Of a stretch of DNA of 17,970 nt, positions 7,959 to 15,472 are shown piece after piece. The DNA comes from a virus (taxonomy: Duplodnaviria; Heunggongvirae; Uroviricota; Caudoviricetes), in IMG/VR virus record IMGVR_UViG_2648501130_000005, positions 1-17,970 of that record; one strand, written 5' to 3'. The notes under the pieces were generated by a model. That model was not told the DNA's origin. It saw only the letters and a program-made list of their open reading frames with translations, and made no database searches. Each line of letters opens with the position of its first letter. Position 1 is the stretch's first letter. The position numbers were made by a program, and so were the translations under genes.

Positions 7959-8608
7959 GCCGCCATCTCCCTGACCAGTTTTTCTGCCTGCTGGCGAATC
8001 TGCGCCAGAAAGGCCTCACCACATGCCTCAAGTTCATCGCGCCCGATGTAGCTGATTGCCGGTCCCTTCCAGGTCTTGTCGAAAACAGCAATAGCACCAG
8101 CGAAGAAAGCGCCTGTCGGCACCTGCTTCTCATCCTTCGGGATAAACCAGGCAGGCAGTTCAAAACCAATACGCCCGCGAATAAAAGCAATATGATCTAC
8201 ATCTTCCGGCCACCACACTTCGCTGGTGGCAGCTTTGATCAGGAAAACATAGCGCCCGCCTTTATCACGCATGGCACTGGCATGCTTCATGATGTAACGC
8301 ATGCCGGTGATGTATTGCCCCTCATGCTGACTGGCGCGGCTGTATGGGGGATTACCAAAGGCAGCACCTTTAAGCTCCGCAAGGCGTTCTGACCAGTCAT
8401 GCGCCAGCGCGTTGTCTTCCGCCGTGTAATACGCAGCACATTTGGCGTTATCACCGTCAGTGAACAGATCCAGAACAAACGGGCCAAACAGGGTGTTAAT
8501 TCCCCAGAAAATGTTGTCCGGCGTGCGCCACTGATCGCCCACTTCCTTCAGTTCATGGGCTGGTTTGTTCCGCAGTTCCACCAGCGCCTGGCAATATTTA
8601 TTACTCAT
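7955..8608 (-). CDS. Phage N6-adenine DNA methyltransferase (Dam-type)
   Basis: GNPPYS (NPPY catalytic motif). ATG at 8608 with GTGGGGG upstream, overlapping the upstream TAA (TAATG). The track's GTG extension to 8641 was rejected. Confidence 0.75.
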   Translation of the reverse strand: MSNKYCQALVELRNKPAHELKEVGDQWRTPDNIFWGINTLFGPFVLDLFTDGDNAKCAAYYTAEDNALAHDWSERLAELKGAAFGNPPYSRASQHEGQYITGMRYIMKHASAMRDKGGRYVFLIKAATSEVWWPEDVDHIAFIRGRIGFELPAWFIPKDEKQVPTGAFFAGAIAVFDKTWKGPAISYIGRDELEACGEAFLAQIRQQAEKLVREMAA

Positions 8609-9096
8609 TAAGCCCCCACGTAATTCCCTGAGAGATACCACTCTTCACCTGATGCAGCCCGCTTACTGCTTTTCCGTAAACACCGTTCACGACGCGCCAA
8701 AAAATTGTTTCGTTCTGGCAGGGAGTGGCTTTCACGGAATGCCGCCATCCACACCGTTGCAGCACGACGGTATAAGCCCCTGGACTCCAGTTCTTCCGCC
8801 TGGCGGGTCAGGCACAAAATCACCCGCGGGTCGTTAGTGCCGACATAGAAATTGCGCACAGGTCTGGTTTCACGAACTGGTTGTGGTTCCGGATCCTGCG
8901 CTCTCTCAGTCAGGCGCGGGAAATGTCTGTGTGTATCTCCTTCACAACGGTGAGCCACACGCCCACTCTGACGTAACTTGCTTGCTGACTGCAGAACGCG
9001 CTGCCGTGAGTAACCTGCAAAAGCATCCGCAATGTCTCCGGAAGTACAGCCCGGATGGGCTTCAATGAATTTCTGAACGTCATTCAAAAGACTCAT
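8608..9096 (-). CDS. Putative transcriptional regulator with PerC-like C-terminal region
   Basis: AEELESRGLYRRAATVWMAAF resembles the PerC/Pch core motif (LESAGFWRRAAARW type). ATG at 9096 with GGGGGTGA upstream, 2 nt after the replication gene stop. Confidence 0.55.
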   Translation of the reverse strand: MSLLNDVQKFIEAHPGCTSGDIADAFAGYSRQRVLQSASKLRQSGRVAHRCEGDTHRHFPRLTERAQDPEPQPVRETRPVRNFYVGTNDPRVILCLTRQAEELESRGLYRRAATVWMAAFRESHSLPERNNFLARRERCLRKSSKRAASGEEWYLSGNYVGA

Positions 9097-9098
9097 GC

Positions 9099-9869
9099 TC
9101 ACCCCCTGAATCCTGCCGGGATCTGGCTGTAGTCCACATTGTCGTAACTGGCTTTGAAGTACGGGTCTTCGCGTTTTTCTGTGTACGTGCTGACGGACGG
9201 CGATAAGCGCAGGGAAAGCTCATCCCATTTTTCCCGCAGCTTCGACGGGCTGAGCACGTTACGGCACCAGAACGGATCGCGGCTGACGCGGCTGTACATC
9301 TCGCAGATTTGTTTGTGAGTACGACCATCCTGCACACACATCAGGCGAATTTCGTTTGCCCAGGCTGTCCAGTTCGGTTCTTTGGGACGAACCACCTCGC
9401 CGTCACATTCGGCAGCCTGCTCGTACAGGGCGATGATTTTTTTCCAGAGCCACTGTGCGCAGGTCAAATCATCCTGCGTCCCCCACTGGCGCTTTTTAGG
9501 GCTGAATACAACCGCATCAGGATGGCGAGTTAAAAAATCCTGTTCATCCGTCTGCGTGTCCGGTTGCGAAGCGTCCGGACGAGAAGGTTTTTTATCTGAC
9601 GGATCATGTTTTGATTTTACTGACGGATCCCCGCCAGATTCTGACGGGTGAAAACCCGCTTTTTTGCCAGATTTCGACGCATCAAATTTTGACGGGTCAG
9701 ATTTTGATGCGTCAGATTTTGACGGGTCAGAATCTGACAGTTGAGAAAATGCCGCTGCCTGAAGCTTCGCAACGTTAAGCTGATAAACATTCGACGCATT
9801 GCGGTTACCCACGGTTAGCCTCATCGTTCTGTGGTTTCTGTTAATCGATTTATCCATTAGATTTTTCAT
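9099..9869 (-). CDS. Replication initiation protein (lambda O-like role) with internal iteron-encoded peptide repeats
   Basis: Sits directly downstream of cro. The central SDSDPSKSDASKSDPSKFDASKSG region is encoded by tandem DNA repeats. Start uncertain: ATG at 9869, 9857 or 9824; the track's first codon at 9926 is GTG and lies deep inside cro. Confidence 0.6.
   Translation of the reverse strand: MKNLMDKSINRNHRTMRLTVGNRNASNVYQLNVAKLQAAAFSQLSDSDPSKSDASKSDPSKFDASKSGKKAGFHPSESGGDPSVKSKHDPSDKKPSRPDASQPDTQTDEQDFLTRHPDAVVFSPKKRQWGTQDDLTCAQWLWKKIIALYEQAAECDGEVVRPKEPNWTAWANEIRLMCVQDGRTHKQICEMYSRVSRDPFWCRNVLSPSKLREKWDELSLRLSPSVSTYTEKREDPYFKASYDNVDYSQIPAGFRG
9590..9740. repeat. Iteron array (putative origin of replication) inside the replication initiator gene
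   Basis: At least seven tandem ~15-17 bp copies of a (C)AGATTTTGACGGGTCA-like unit, e.g. attttgacgggtcag / attttgatgcgtcag / attttgacgggtcag. Analogous to the lambda ori iterons inside gene O. Confidence 0.6.
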
Positions 9870-10050
9870 AAAGCTCAGGTTTAAATGGCAACCGTCCGCA
9901 AGTTCTATATGCAGCTTCTGCTGCACGTCCTTTTGGAATTAACTGGCCCGGACGGTTTCGCCACTGATAAACGGCTTCAGTTGTTATGCCGAAAAAAGCA
10001 GCAACTTTCTCAATACTGCCGAAGTAGCTTTCGATATCGTCAGTTGTCAT
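9850..10050 (-). CDS. Cro-like transcriptional regulator
   Basis: 66 aa, divergent from the repressor gene; KVAAFFGITTEAVYQWR is a Cro/YdaS-type helix-turn-helix. Confidence 0.7.
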   Translation of the reverse strand: MTTDDIESYFGSIEKVAAFFGITTEAVYQWRNRPGQLIPKGRAAEAAYRTCGRLPFKPELYEKSNG

Positions 10051-10147
10051 ACGCCCTCCAAACTAAGTTTTATTAGATGCTAATTACAAATCTATCTTTG
10101 GTCAATAAAAACTAAGATTACTTAGCAATTAAAGAAATGGTGCTCCT
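10051..10147. promoter_or_regulatory. Divergent promoter/operator region between cro-like and cI-like genes
   Basis: 97-bp AT-rich intergenic region with two 14-bp palindromes: CTAAGattaCTTAG (10112-10125, perfect) and CTAAGttttATTAG (10063-10076, one mismatch). Minus strand carries TTGACC and a possible -10. Confidence 0.55.
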
Positions 10148-10774
10148 ATGGAAACGGTTGGTCAGCGTATAAAAGCTCTGAGAAGAGTTACCAGAACGTC
10201 CCAGAAAGAATTGGGTAAATTTTGTGGAGTAAGCGACGTTGCTGTGGGGTACTGGGAGAAAGACATCAATACCCCTGGTGGGGAGGCACTTTCGAAATTA
10301 GCGAAGTTCTTCAATACGTCAATAGATTACATTCTTTATGGTGCTGAGTTTGAAGGCAAACTCGTCACAAACATGCGCAGAGTTCCTGTAATATCGTGGG
10401 TTCAGGCTGGGCAGTTTACTGAGTGCAGGGCAGCAGAAGTGTTTAGTGAAGTGGACAAGTGGGTAGATACATCATTAAAGGTTGGTGATAACTCATTTGC
10501 ATTAGAGGTTAAAGGTGACTCCATGACTAACCCTAATGGCCTCCCAACAATACCAGAAGGCGCAACAGTGATTGTAGATCCAGATGCAGAACCTCGTCAT
10601 GGAAAAATAGTCATCGCTCGACTTGATGGAACAAACGAAGCTACAGTAAAAAAATTAGTCATCGATGGCCCTCAAAAGTTTTTAGTACCATTAAATCCTC
10701 GGTATCCCAACATCCCTATCAATGGTAATTGCCTTATCATTGGTGTAGTCAAAGGAGTTCAATACGAACTCTAA
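10148..10774 (+). CDS. CI-like prophage repressor (HTH plus S24 LexA-type autopeptidase domain)
   Basis: N-terminal XRE-type HTH (QKELGKFCGVSDVAVGYWE); C-terminal GDSM and a downstream Lys (VKKLV) typical of S24 self-cleaving repressors. SD-like sequence before the ATG. Confidence 0.85.
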   Translation: METVGQRIKALRRVTRTSQKELGKFCGVSDVAVGYWEKDINTPGGEALSKLAKFFNTSIDYILYGAEFEGKLVTNMRRVPVISWVQAGQFTECRAAEVFSEVDKWVDTSLKVGDNSFALEVKGDSMTNPNGLPTIPEGATVIVDPDAEPRHGKIVIARLDGTNEATVKKLVIDGPQKFLVPLNPRYPNIPINGNCLIIGVVKGVQYEL

Positions 10775-10927
10775 GGCCTCTCTTCTCTAACTAAGGCACC
10801 GAACTAAGAAAAGTTTGGTGTTTTCTCTTGCCATGACAACTAAGTTAAGTTAGATTTTATATCAAAGATAACGAACAGGCAGGACGCCCACGAAGTAGCC
10901 GCCTGGGGCATATGAAGTCCAGGATGA

Positions 10928-10952
10928 TTCGTTAGCAACAAAAAAGCGCCCT
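10928..10952 (-). terminator. Intrinsic terminator on minus strand downstream of the 173-aa gene
   Basis: On the minus-strand RNA: 7-bp stem AGCGUCC / GGGCGCU (one G-U pair), loop UGUA, then UUUUUUGUU. The G-U pair forms only on the minus-strand transcript. Confidence 0.5.
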
Positions 10953-11004
10953 ACAGGACGCTTAGCTCTTTAACAATCTGGGTATCATCCAACCAATGCA
11001 AGAT

Positions 11005-11526
11005 TTAAGGAATCCAAGGCGAATTCAGATCTCGCCCCAACTCACGTAATGATCTTGGTCGTTCGTACATCGGATTTTTTTCCATAAGAAATTTATTTTC
11101 ACAGTGAAGGCAACGGCTTGTAAGAAAATGAGAAGTTTTACCTACTGGAAGCGGATGAAGTATCGATTTTATATTTTTGGAATAACAAAGTGGGCACAGA
11201 TGCACAGTTATTTCTTTTCCACTCACAATTTCATTTTTAGAGTAAACAAAAGCACCAGAGTCAAGCTGATCAAGGACATATCCTTCTACCTTGGCACAAA
11301 AATCTTCAAACTCTGCAATTTTTGCTTTGAGATGCATCACCTCTTCATCACGAAGGCGGATCGCATCGCCAAGAGAGAAGCATTCTGCCTGAAGCGTGAT
11401 TAGTTTGTTCTGGAGTTCAATGGTTGCAGCTTTAACTTCTGCATCCGTTTTCGCGTCATTAATAACCTTAGCAAGACCGGCAGTCTCCTTTATAGCGGCC
11501 ATAGCCGCAGACAGTTCAGCTATCAC
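11005..11526 (-). CDS. Hypothetical coiled-coil / zinc-ribbon protein (moron convergent with cI)
   Basis: 173-codon ORF; N-terminal half is Ala/Lys/Glu-rich helical, C-terminal part has CPLC ... CLHC. C-terminal half is visibly AT-rich. Start is GTG at 11526 or ATG at 11502; neither has a strong SD. Confidence 0.6.
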   Translation of the reverse strand: MIAELSAAMAAIKETAGLAKVINDAKTDAEVKAATIELQNKLITLQAECFSLGDAIRLRDEEVMHLKAKIAEFEDFCAKVEGYVLDQLDSGAFVYSKNEIVSGKEITVHLCPLCYSKNIKSILHPLPVGKTSHFLTSRCLHCENKFLMEKNPMYERPRSLRELGRDLNSPWIP

Positions 11527-11542
11527 GTTGAATACTCAGCTA

Positions 11543-11586
11543 GTTGTTGGGGATATCCAGATTAACCAAATCCTTGTTGTTGGGGA
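11543..11586. repeat. Two exact 11-bp direct repeats GTTGTTGGGGA, 33 bp apart, just upstream of the 173-aa gene
   Basis: Seen directly at 11543-11553 and 11576-11586; function unknown. Confidence 0.5.
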
Positions 11587-11848
11587 ATAACTAGGTCCAC
11601 CTCGCCTGATGTGGCTAAAAGCAGGCACATAACAGCTAAGTATTTTCAACCAGAGAGAATCCTTAGCGTTGTGGTGAATGCGGCTCAGCGCACGCGGGTT
11701 AAGGTTGAGGCTGACAGTCGACCTTCTGTGGATACCCACCCGCCTGGTGTGCAACCTTCGCCAGGCACCGGGAGGCACCCGGCACCACAACTTTATGCTG
11801 TGTGTAGTCCTCGCGGTACCAGTTTGTACACTTGCTTCCGGCTGGTAC

Positions 11849-11947
11849 CGCTCTTTTTACAAAACAGAGAAGAACATCACCGGACGACGGGCTCATAACC
11901 CAATCCATCCGGGCGGCTGCCACCGCAGGTGTTCTTCTCTGTTTTGT
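11849..11947 (+). promoter_or_regulatory. boxA-like motif followed by an 18-bp perfect inverted repeat enclosing 53 nt (nut-like site or structured leader)
   Basis: CGCTCTTTTTAC (11849-11860) resembles boxA. Arms ACAAAACAGAGAAGAACA (11859-11876) and TGTTCTTCTCTGTTTTGT (11930-11947) are exact reverse complements. Lies 49 nt upstream of the yfdP-like ATG. Confidence 0.45.
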
Positions 11948-11995
11948 GGAGAAACCAACCGACCTTGCAGGGTCGATATGATTAGGAGCAGAAAA

Positions 11996-12358
11996 ATGGC
12001 TAGCGAACGCAGTACTGATGTGCAGGCATTTATTGGGGAGCTGGACGGCGGCGTATTTGAAACCAAAATCGGCGCAGTTCTCAGTGAAGTCGCTTCCGGT
12101 GTGATGAACACGAAAACCAAAGGTAAGGTCTCACTCAACCTGGAAATCGAACCATTTGATGAGAACCGTGTGAAAATCAAACACAAACTCTCATATGTTC
12201 GCCCGACTAACCGCGGGAAAATTTCCGAAGAAGACACCACCGAAACGCCGATGTATGTCAATCGCGGTGGTCGCCTGACTATTCTGCAGGAAGACCAGGG
12301 ACAATTACTGACTCTTGCCGGTGAACCTGACGGAAAACTCCGCGCAGCAGGTCATTAA
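11996..12358 (+). CDS. yfdP: YfdP-like early-left protein (120 aa)
   Basis: ATG at 11996 with AGGAG 7 nt upstream; the track ORF from 11678 is an unsupported upstream extension. Length and position match the yfdP-yfdQ-yfdR order I recall from CPS-53. Confidence 0.55.
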   Translation: MASERSTDVQAFIGELDGGVFETKIGAVLSEVASGVMNTKTKGKVSLNLEIEPFDENRVKIKHKLSYVRPTNRGKISEEDTTETPMYVNRGGRLTILQEDQGQLLTLAGEPDGKLRAAGH

Positions 12359-12423
12359 TATCGTTCTTAATTAACCGATTATTTATCTCATCACTGAATA
12401 TCTTTATATAGTGAGGACTTATT

Positions 12424-13248
12424 ATGTCTCAGAACTTAGACGCAACCGCAATTAATCAAATCCATGCCCTTATTTCTGCTCAGGGTGTTAATGAAATTAT
12501 CAGTAAGATTGGTGCCGATGCTGTGGCATTGCCTGAGAATTTCCGCATTCATGATCTGGAAAAATTTAATTTAAATCGCTTCCGTTTCCGTGGTGCGCTT
12601 TCCACTGCCAGCATCGATGACTTTACCCGTTACTCTAAAGATCTTGCAGATGAAGGCACCCGCTGCTTTATCGATGCCGATAATATGCGAGCCGTCAGTG
12701 TGCTTAACCTGGGTACTATTGATGAACCAGGTCACGCAGATAACACCGCCACACTCAAACTGAAAAAGACAGCACCGTTCTCTGCTCTGTTGTCTATTAA
12801 CGGCGAGCGTAACTCCCAGAAGTCACTAGCAGAATGGATTGAAGACTGGGCAGACTATCTTGTGGGCTTTGATGCTAATGGTGACGCTATTCAGGCAACA
12901 AAAGCGGCTGCGGCTGTCCGTAAAATCACGATTGAAGCAAACCAGACCGCTGATTTTGAAGATAATGACTTCAGCGGCAAACGCTCCCTGATGGAGTCTG
13001 TCGAAGCGAAGACCAAAGATATTATGCCTGTGGCATTTGAATTTAAATGCGTTCCGTTTGAAGGCCTGAAAGAACGTCCGTTTAAATTACGCCTCAGCAT
13101 TATCACTGGCGATCGTCCTGTACTGGTTCTGCGCATTATTCAGCTGGAAGCAGTGCAGGAAGAAATGGCTAACGAATTTCGTGATCTGCTTGTTGAGAAA
13201 TTCAAGGACAGCAAAGTAGAAACCTTTATTGGTACTTTCACCGCCTGA
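12424..13248 (+). CDS. yfdQ: YfdQ-like protein (DUF2303 family, 274 aa)
   Basis: GAGGA 6 nt upstream of the ATG. Length and N-terminus [14 protein letters not shown]... match my recollection of K-12 YfdQ. Confidence 0.7.
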   Translation: MSQNLDATAINQIHALISAQGVNEIISKIGADAVALPENFRIHDLEKFNLNRFRFRGALSTASIDDFTRYSKDLADEGTRCFIDADNMRAVSVLNLGTIDEPGHADNTATLKLKKTAPFSALLSINGERNSQKSLAEWIEDWADYLVGFDANGDAIQATKAAAAVRKITIEANQTADFEDNDFSGKRSLMESVEAKTKDIMPVAFEFKCVPFEGLKERPFKLRLSIITGDRPVLVLRIIQLEAVQEEMANEFRDLLVEKFKDSKVETFIGTFTA

Positions 13249-13260
13249 TTTCATTACTGC

Positions 13261-13282
13261 AAATGCCCCTGCGGGGGCATTT
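13261..13282 (+). terminator. Hairpin downstream of yfdQ-like gene (possible partial terminator or attenuator)
   Basis: AAATGCCCC tgcg GGGGCATTT: perfect 9-bp stem, but only a short T-run follows. Confidence 0.4.
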
Positions 13283-13375
13283 ATGGAAACGTAATTGACT
13301 CAATAATCGCCGGATGGTGAGGGCTTCCTTTTACCAGAATTCAGCGCGGTGCAGCGCATATACGTGGAGAACAAA

Positions 13376-13912
13376 ATGTCATTTATTAAAACTTTTTCCG
13401 GGAAGCATTTTTATTATGACAGGATAAATAAAGACGACATCGTTATTAACGATATCGCGGTTTCTCTTTCAAATATCTGTCGCTTTGCAGGGCATCTTTC
13501 ACATTTCTACAGCGTTGCCCAACATGCGGTGCTTTGCAGCCAACTGGTACCGCAGGAATTTGCTTTTGAAGCGTTAATGCATGATGCAACAGAAGCGTAT
13601 TGCCAGGACATCCCGGCGCCACTGAAACGCCTTCTTCCTGACTATAAACGGATGGAAGAAAAAATAGATGCAGTAATCCGTGAGAAATACGAGTTGCCCC
13701 CGGTTATGAGCACGCCCGTGAAATATGCCGATCTCATCATGCTGGCAACCGAACGCCGTGATCTCGGGCTTGATGATGGCTCTTTATGGCCTGTACTGGA
13801 AGGTATCCCGGCAACAGAGATGTTCAAAGTTATTCCACTGGCACCGGGCCATGCCTACGGGATGTTTATGGAACGCTTCAACGAGTTATCGGAATTACGC
13901 AAATGTGCATAA
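13376..13912 (+). CDS. yfdR: HD-domain phosphohydrolase (YfdR-like, 178 aa)
   Basis: H...HD motif (AQHAV ... LMHDATEAY). ATG at 13376 with GGAGA upstream; the track's GTG at 13349 was rejected. Its 3' end overlaps the next gene by 10 nt. Confidence 0.8.
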   Translation: MSFIKTFSGKHFYYDRINKDDIVINDIAVSLSNICRFAGHLSHFYSVAQHAVLCSQLVPQEFAFEALMHDATEAYCQDIPAPLKRLLPDYKRMEEKIDAVIREKYELPPVMSTPVKYADLIMLATERRDLGLDDGSLWPVLEGIPATEMFKVIPLAPGHAYGMFMERFNELSELRKCA

Positions 13913-14781
13913 CTCATGTAGTTAGTTTTTCTGGCGGGAGAACATCCGCATATCTTGTTCACCTGATGGAAGAACAAAGAAAGGCTGGCAATAACGTCTG
14001 CTACATCTTTATGGATACCGGTTGCGAACATCCGCTGACATACCGCTTTATCCGGGAGGTTGTGAAGTTCTGGGACATACCACTAACTGTGTTACAGGTC
14101 GATATAAATCCTGAGCTTGGGCAGCCAAATGGTTATACAGAATGGGAGCCAAAGGATATTCAGACACGAATGCCGGTGCTTAAACCGTTTATGGACATGG
14201 TTAAAAAGTACGGCACGCCATACATCGGCGGCGCGCTCTGTACTGATAGGCTAAAACTCATCCCTTTCACAAAATACTGCGATAACCATTTCGGGCGAGG
14301 TAATTACATCACATGGCTGGGTATTCGTGCAGACGAACCCCGTAGGCTGAAACCGAAATCGGGCGTCCGGTATCTTGCCGAGCTGTCAGATTTTGATAAG
14401 TCGGATGTTATCCGGTGGTGGCGAAAACAACCTTTTGATTTGCAAATCCCGGAGCATCTCGGGAACTGTGTTTTCTGCATCAAAAAGTCAACGCAAAAGC
14501 TGGGGCTTGCATGTAAAGACGAACCAGGTCTGATGCGAGTTTTTAATGAGCTGGTTACAGGCAAACACGTCAGGGATGGTCATCGCAGAACAGGTAAAGA
14601 CATTATGTACCGTGGTCACCTGACGCTTGACGGAATTGCCAGAATGTCTGCCAACAGCGACTACAGAAATTTGTATCAGGCGATGGTACAGGCCAGGCGA
14701 TTCGATACCGGCTCGTGTTCAGAGTCATGTGAAATCTGGGGTGATCAATTGGAATTGGAATTCAAAGAGGTAGGGGTATGA
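13903..14781 (+). CDS. PAPS-reductase-like PP-loop ATP pyrophosphatase family protein with C-terminal Cys cluster
   Basis: PP-loop VVSFSGGRTSAYL near the N-terminus; Cys pairs (CVFC, CSESC) near the C-terminus. ATG at 13903 overlaps the HD gene stop; the track's 13786 start is an upstream in-frame extension inside the HD gene. Confidence 0.8.
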   Translation: MCITHVVSFSGGRTSAYLVHLMEEQRKAGNNVCYIFMDTGCEHPLTYRFIREVVKFWDIPLTVLQVDINPELGQPNGYTEWEPKDIQTRMPVLKPFMDMVKKYGTPYIGGALCTDRLKLIPFTKYCDNHFGRGNYITWLGIRADEPRRLKPKSGVRYLAELSDFDKSDVIRWWRKQPFDLQIPEHLGNCVFCIKKSTQKLGLACKDEPGLMRVFNELVTGKHVRDGHRRTGKDIMYRGHLTLDGIARMSANSDYRNLYQAMVQARRFDTGSCSESCEIWGDQLELEFKEVGV

Positions 14782-15122
14782 CAACCGAAATTAACTACCA
14801 TGCACTGCTTGAGCGCGCACGGAATAAAGTGCAGAGCATTGAGTTCGCCTTAACACAGAGTGCATTCGCTGAGATTCGCGCTGAGCTTGAAAATGATTTA
14901 GAACTGGCACGGATTGCACTGGCATCTCTGGAAGTTGAGCCAGATGAACGCGCAGCCTATGAATTATTTATGGAAAAGCGTTTCGGTAAAACAGTCGATC
15001 GTCGGAGAGCAAAAAACGGCGATAACGAATACATGGCATGGGATATGACTCTCGGTTGGATCGTCTGGCAGCAACGAGCTGGTATCCATTTTTCAACAAT
15101 GTCACAGCAAGAGGTGAAATAA
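14778..15122 (+). CDS. Hypothetical early protein (114 aa)
   Basis: ATG overlaps the upstream TGA (ATGA) and its TAA overlaps the xis ATG (TAATG). GAGG/GGGG upstream. No recognisable motif. Confidence 0.6.
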   Translation: MTTEINYHALLERARNKVQSIEFALTQSAFAEIRAELENDLELARIALASLEVEPDERAAYELFMEKRFGKTVDRRRAKNGDNEYMAWDMTLGWIVWQQRAGIHFSTMSQQEVK

Positions 15123-15472
15123 TGGAGCCATACAGCCTCACACTCGATGAGGCCTGTCATTTTCTCAAGATATCCAGACCGACTGCCATTAACTGGATAC
15201 GCACAGGGCGTCTTCAGGCAACACGCAAAGATCCCACTAAGAATAAATCTCCTTACCTCACAACACGACAAGCCTGCATTGCGGCTCTTCAGTCTCCGCT
15301 GCATACTGTCCAGGTGAGCGCGGGTGATGGCATAACAGAGGAAAGAAAATGTCACTCTTCCGCAGAGGTGAAATATGGTACGCCAGTTTCACATTGCCGA
15401 ACGGTAAAAGATTTAAACAGTCTCTTGGAACAAAGGACAAAAGGCAGGCGACAGAACTCCATGACAAGCTAA
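15122..15472 (+). CDS. xis: Excisionase (Xis), 116 aa
   Basis: ATG at 15122 with GAGGTGA upstream. HTH-like [24 protein letters not shown]. Overlaps the int start as in lambda/P22 xis-int. The track's 15038 start is an unsupported extension. Confidence 0.7.
   Translation: MEPYSLTLDEACHFLKISRPTAINWIRTGRLQATRKDPTKNKSPYLTTRQACIAALQSPLHTVQVSAGDGITEERKCHSSAEVKYGTPVSHCRTVKDLNSLLEQRTKGRRQNSMTS

Noticed and set aside
7406-8837. Plus-strand ORFs across the RusA / LexA-like / Dam / PerC-like block (7406..7597, 7464..7658, 7525..7755, 7752..7949, 7811..8392, 8399..8611, 8565..8837) and minus-strand 7690..8190, 8287..8487
   Set aside because: All overlap well-supported minus-strand genes that are joined by coupled start/stop overlaps; GC-rich coding sequence commonly gives such open antisense frames.
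9590-9740. Possible CRISPR array
   Set aside because: The repeats are contiguous and degenerate with no unique spacers, and they are in frame inside a coding sequence. They fit iterons, not CRISPR.
11611-11995. Track ORF 11611..11898 and the upstream extension of 11678..12358
   Set aside because: No SD; translations are Pro/Arg-rich low-complexity. The region is better explained by the inverted-repeat element, and the real start is the ATG at 11996 with AGGAG upstream.
13786-13902. Longer 331-aa version of the PP-loop protein starting at 13786
   Set aside because: The extension lies entirely within the HD-domain gene in another frame. The ATG at 13903 gives a PP-loop near the N-terminus and a typical overlapping start.
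15038-15121. Longer start for xis at 15038
   Set aside because: It would overlap the preceding gene by 84 nt. ATG at 15122 has a GAGGTGA SD and gives a 116-aa product typical of excisionases.
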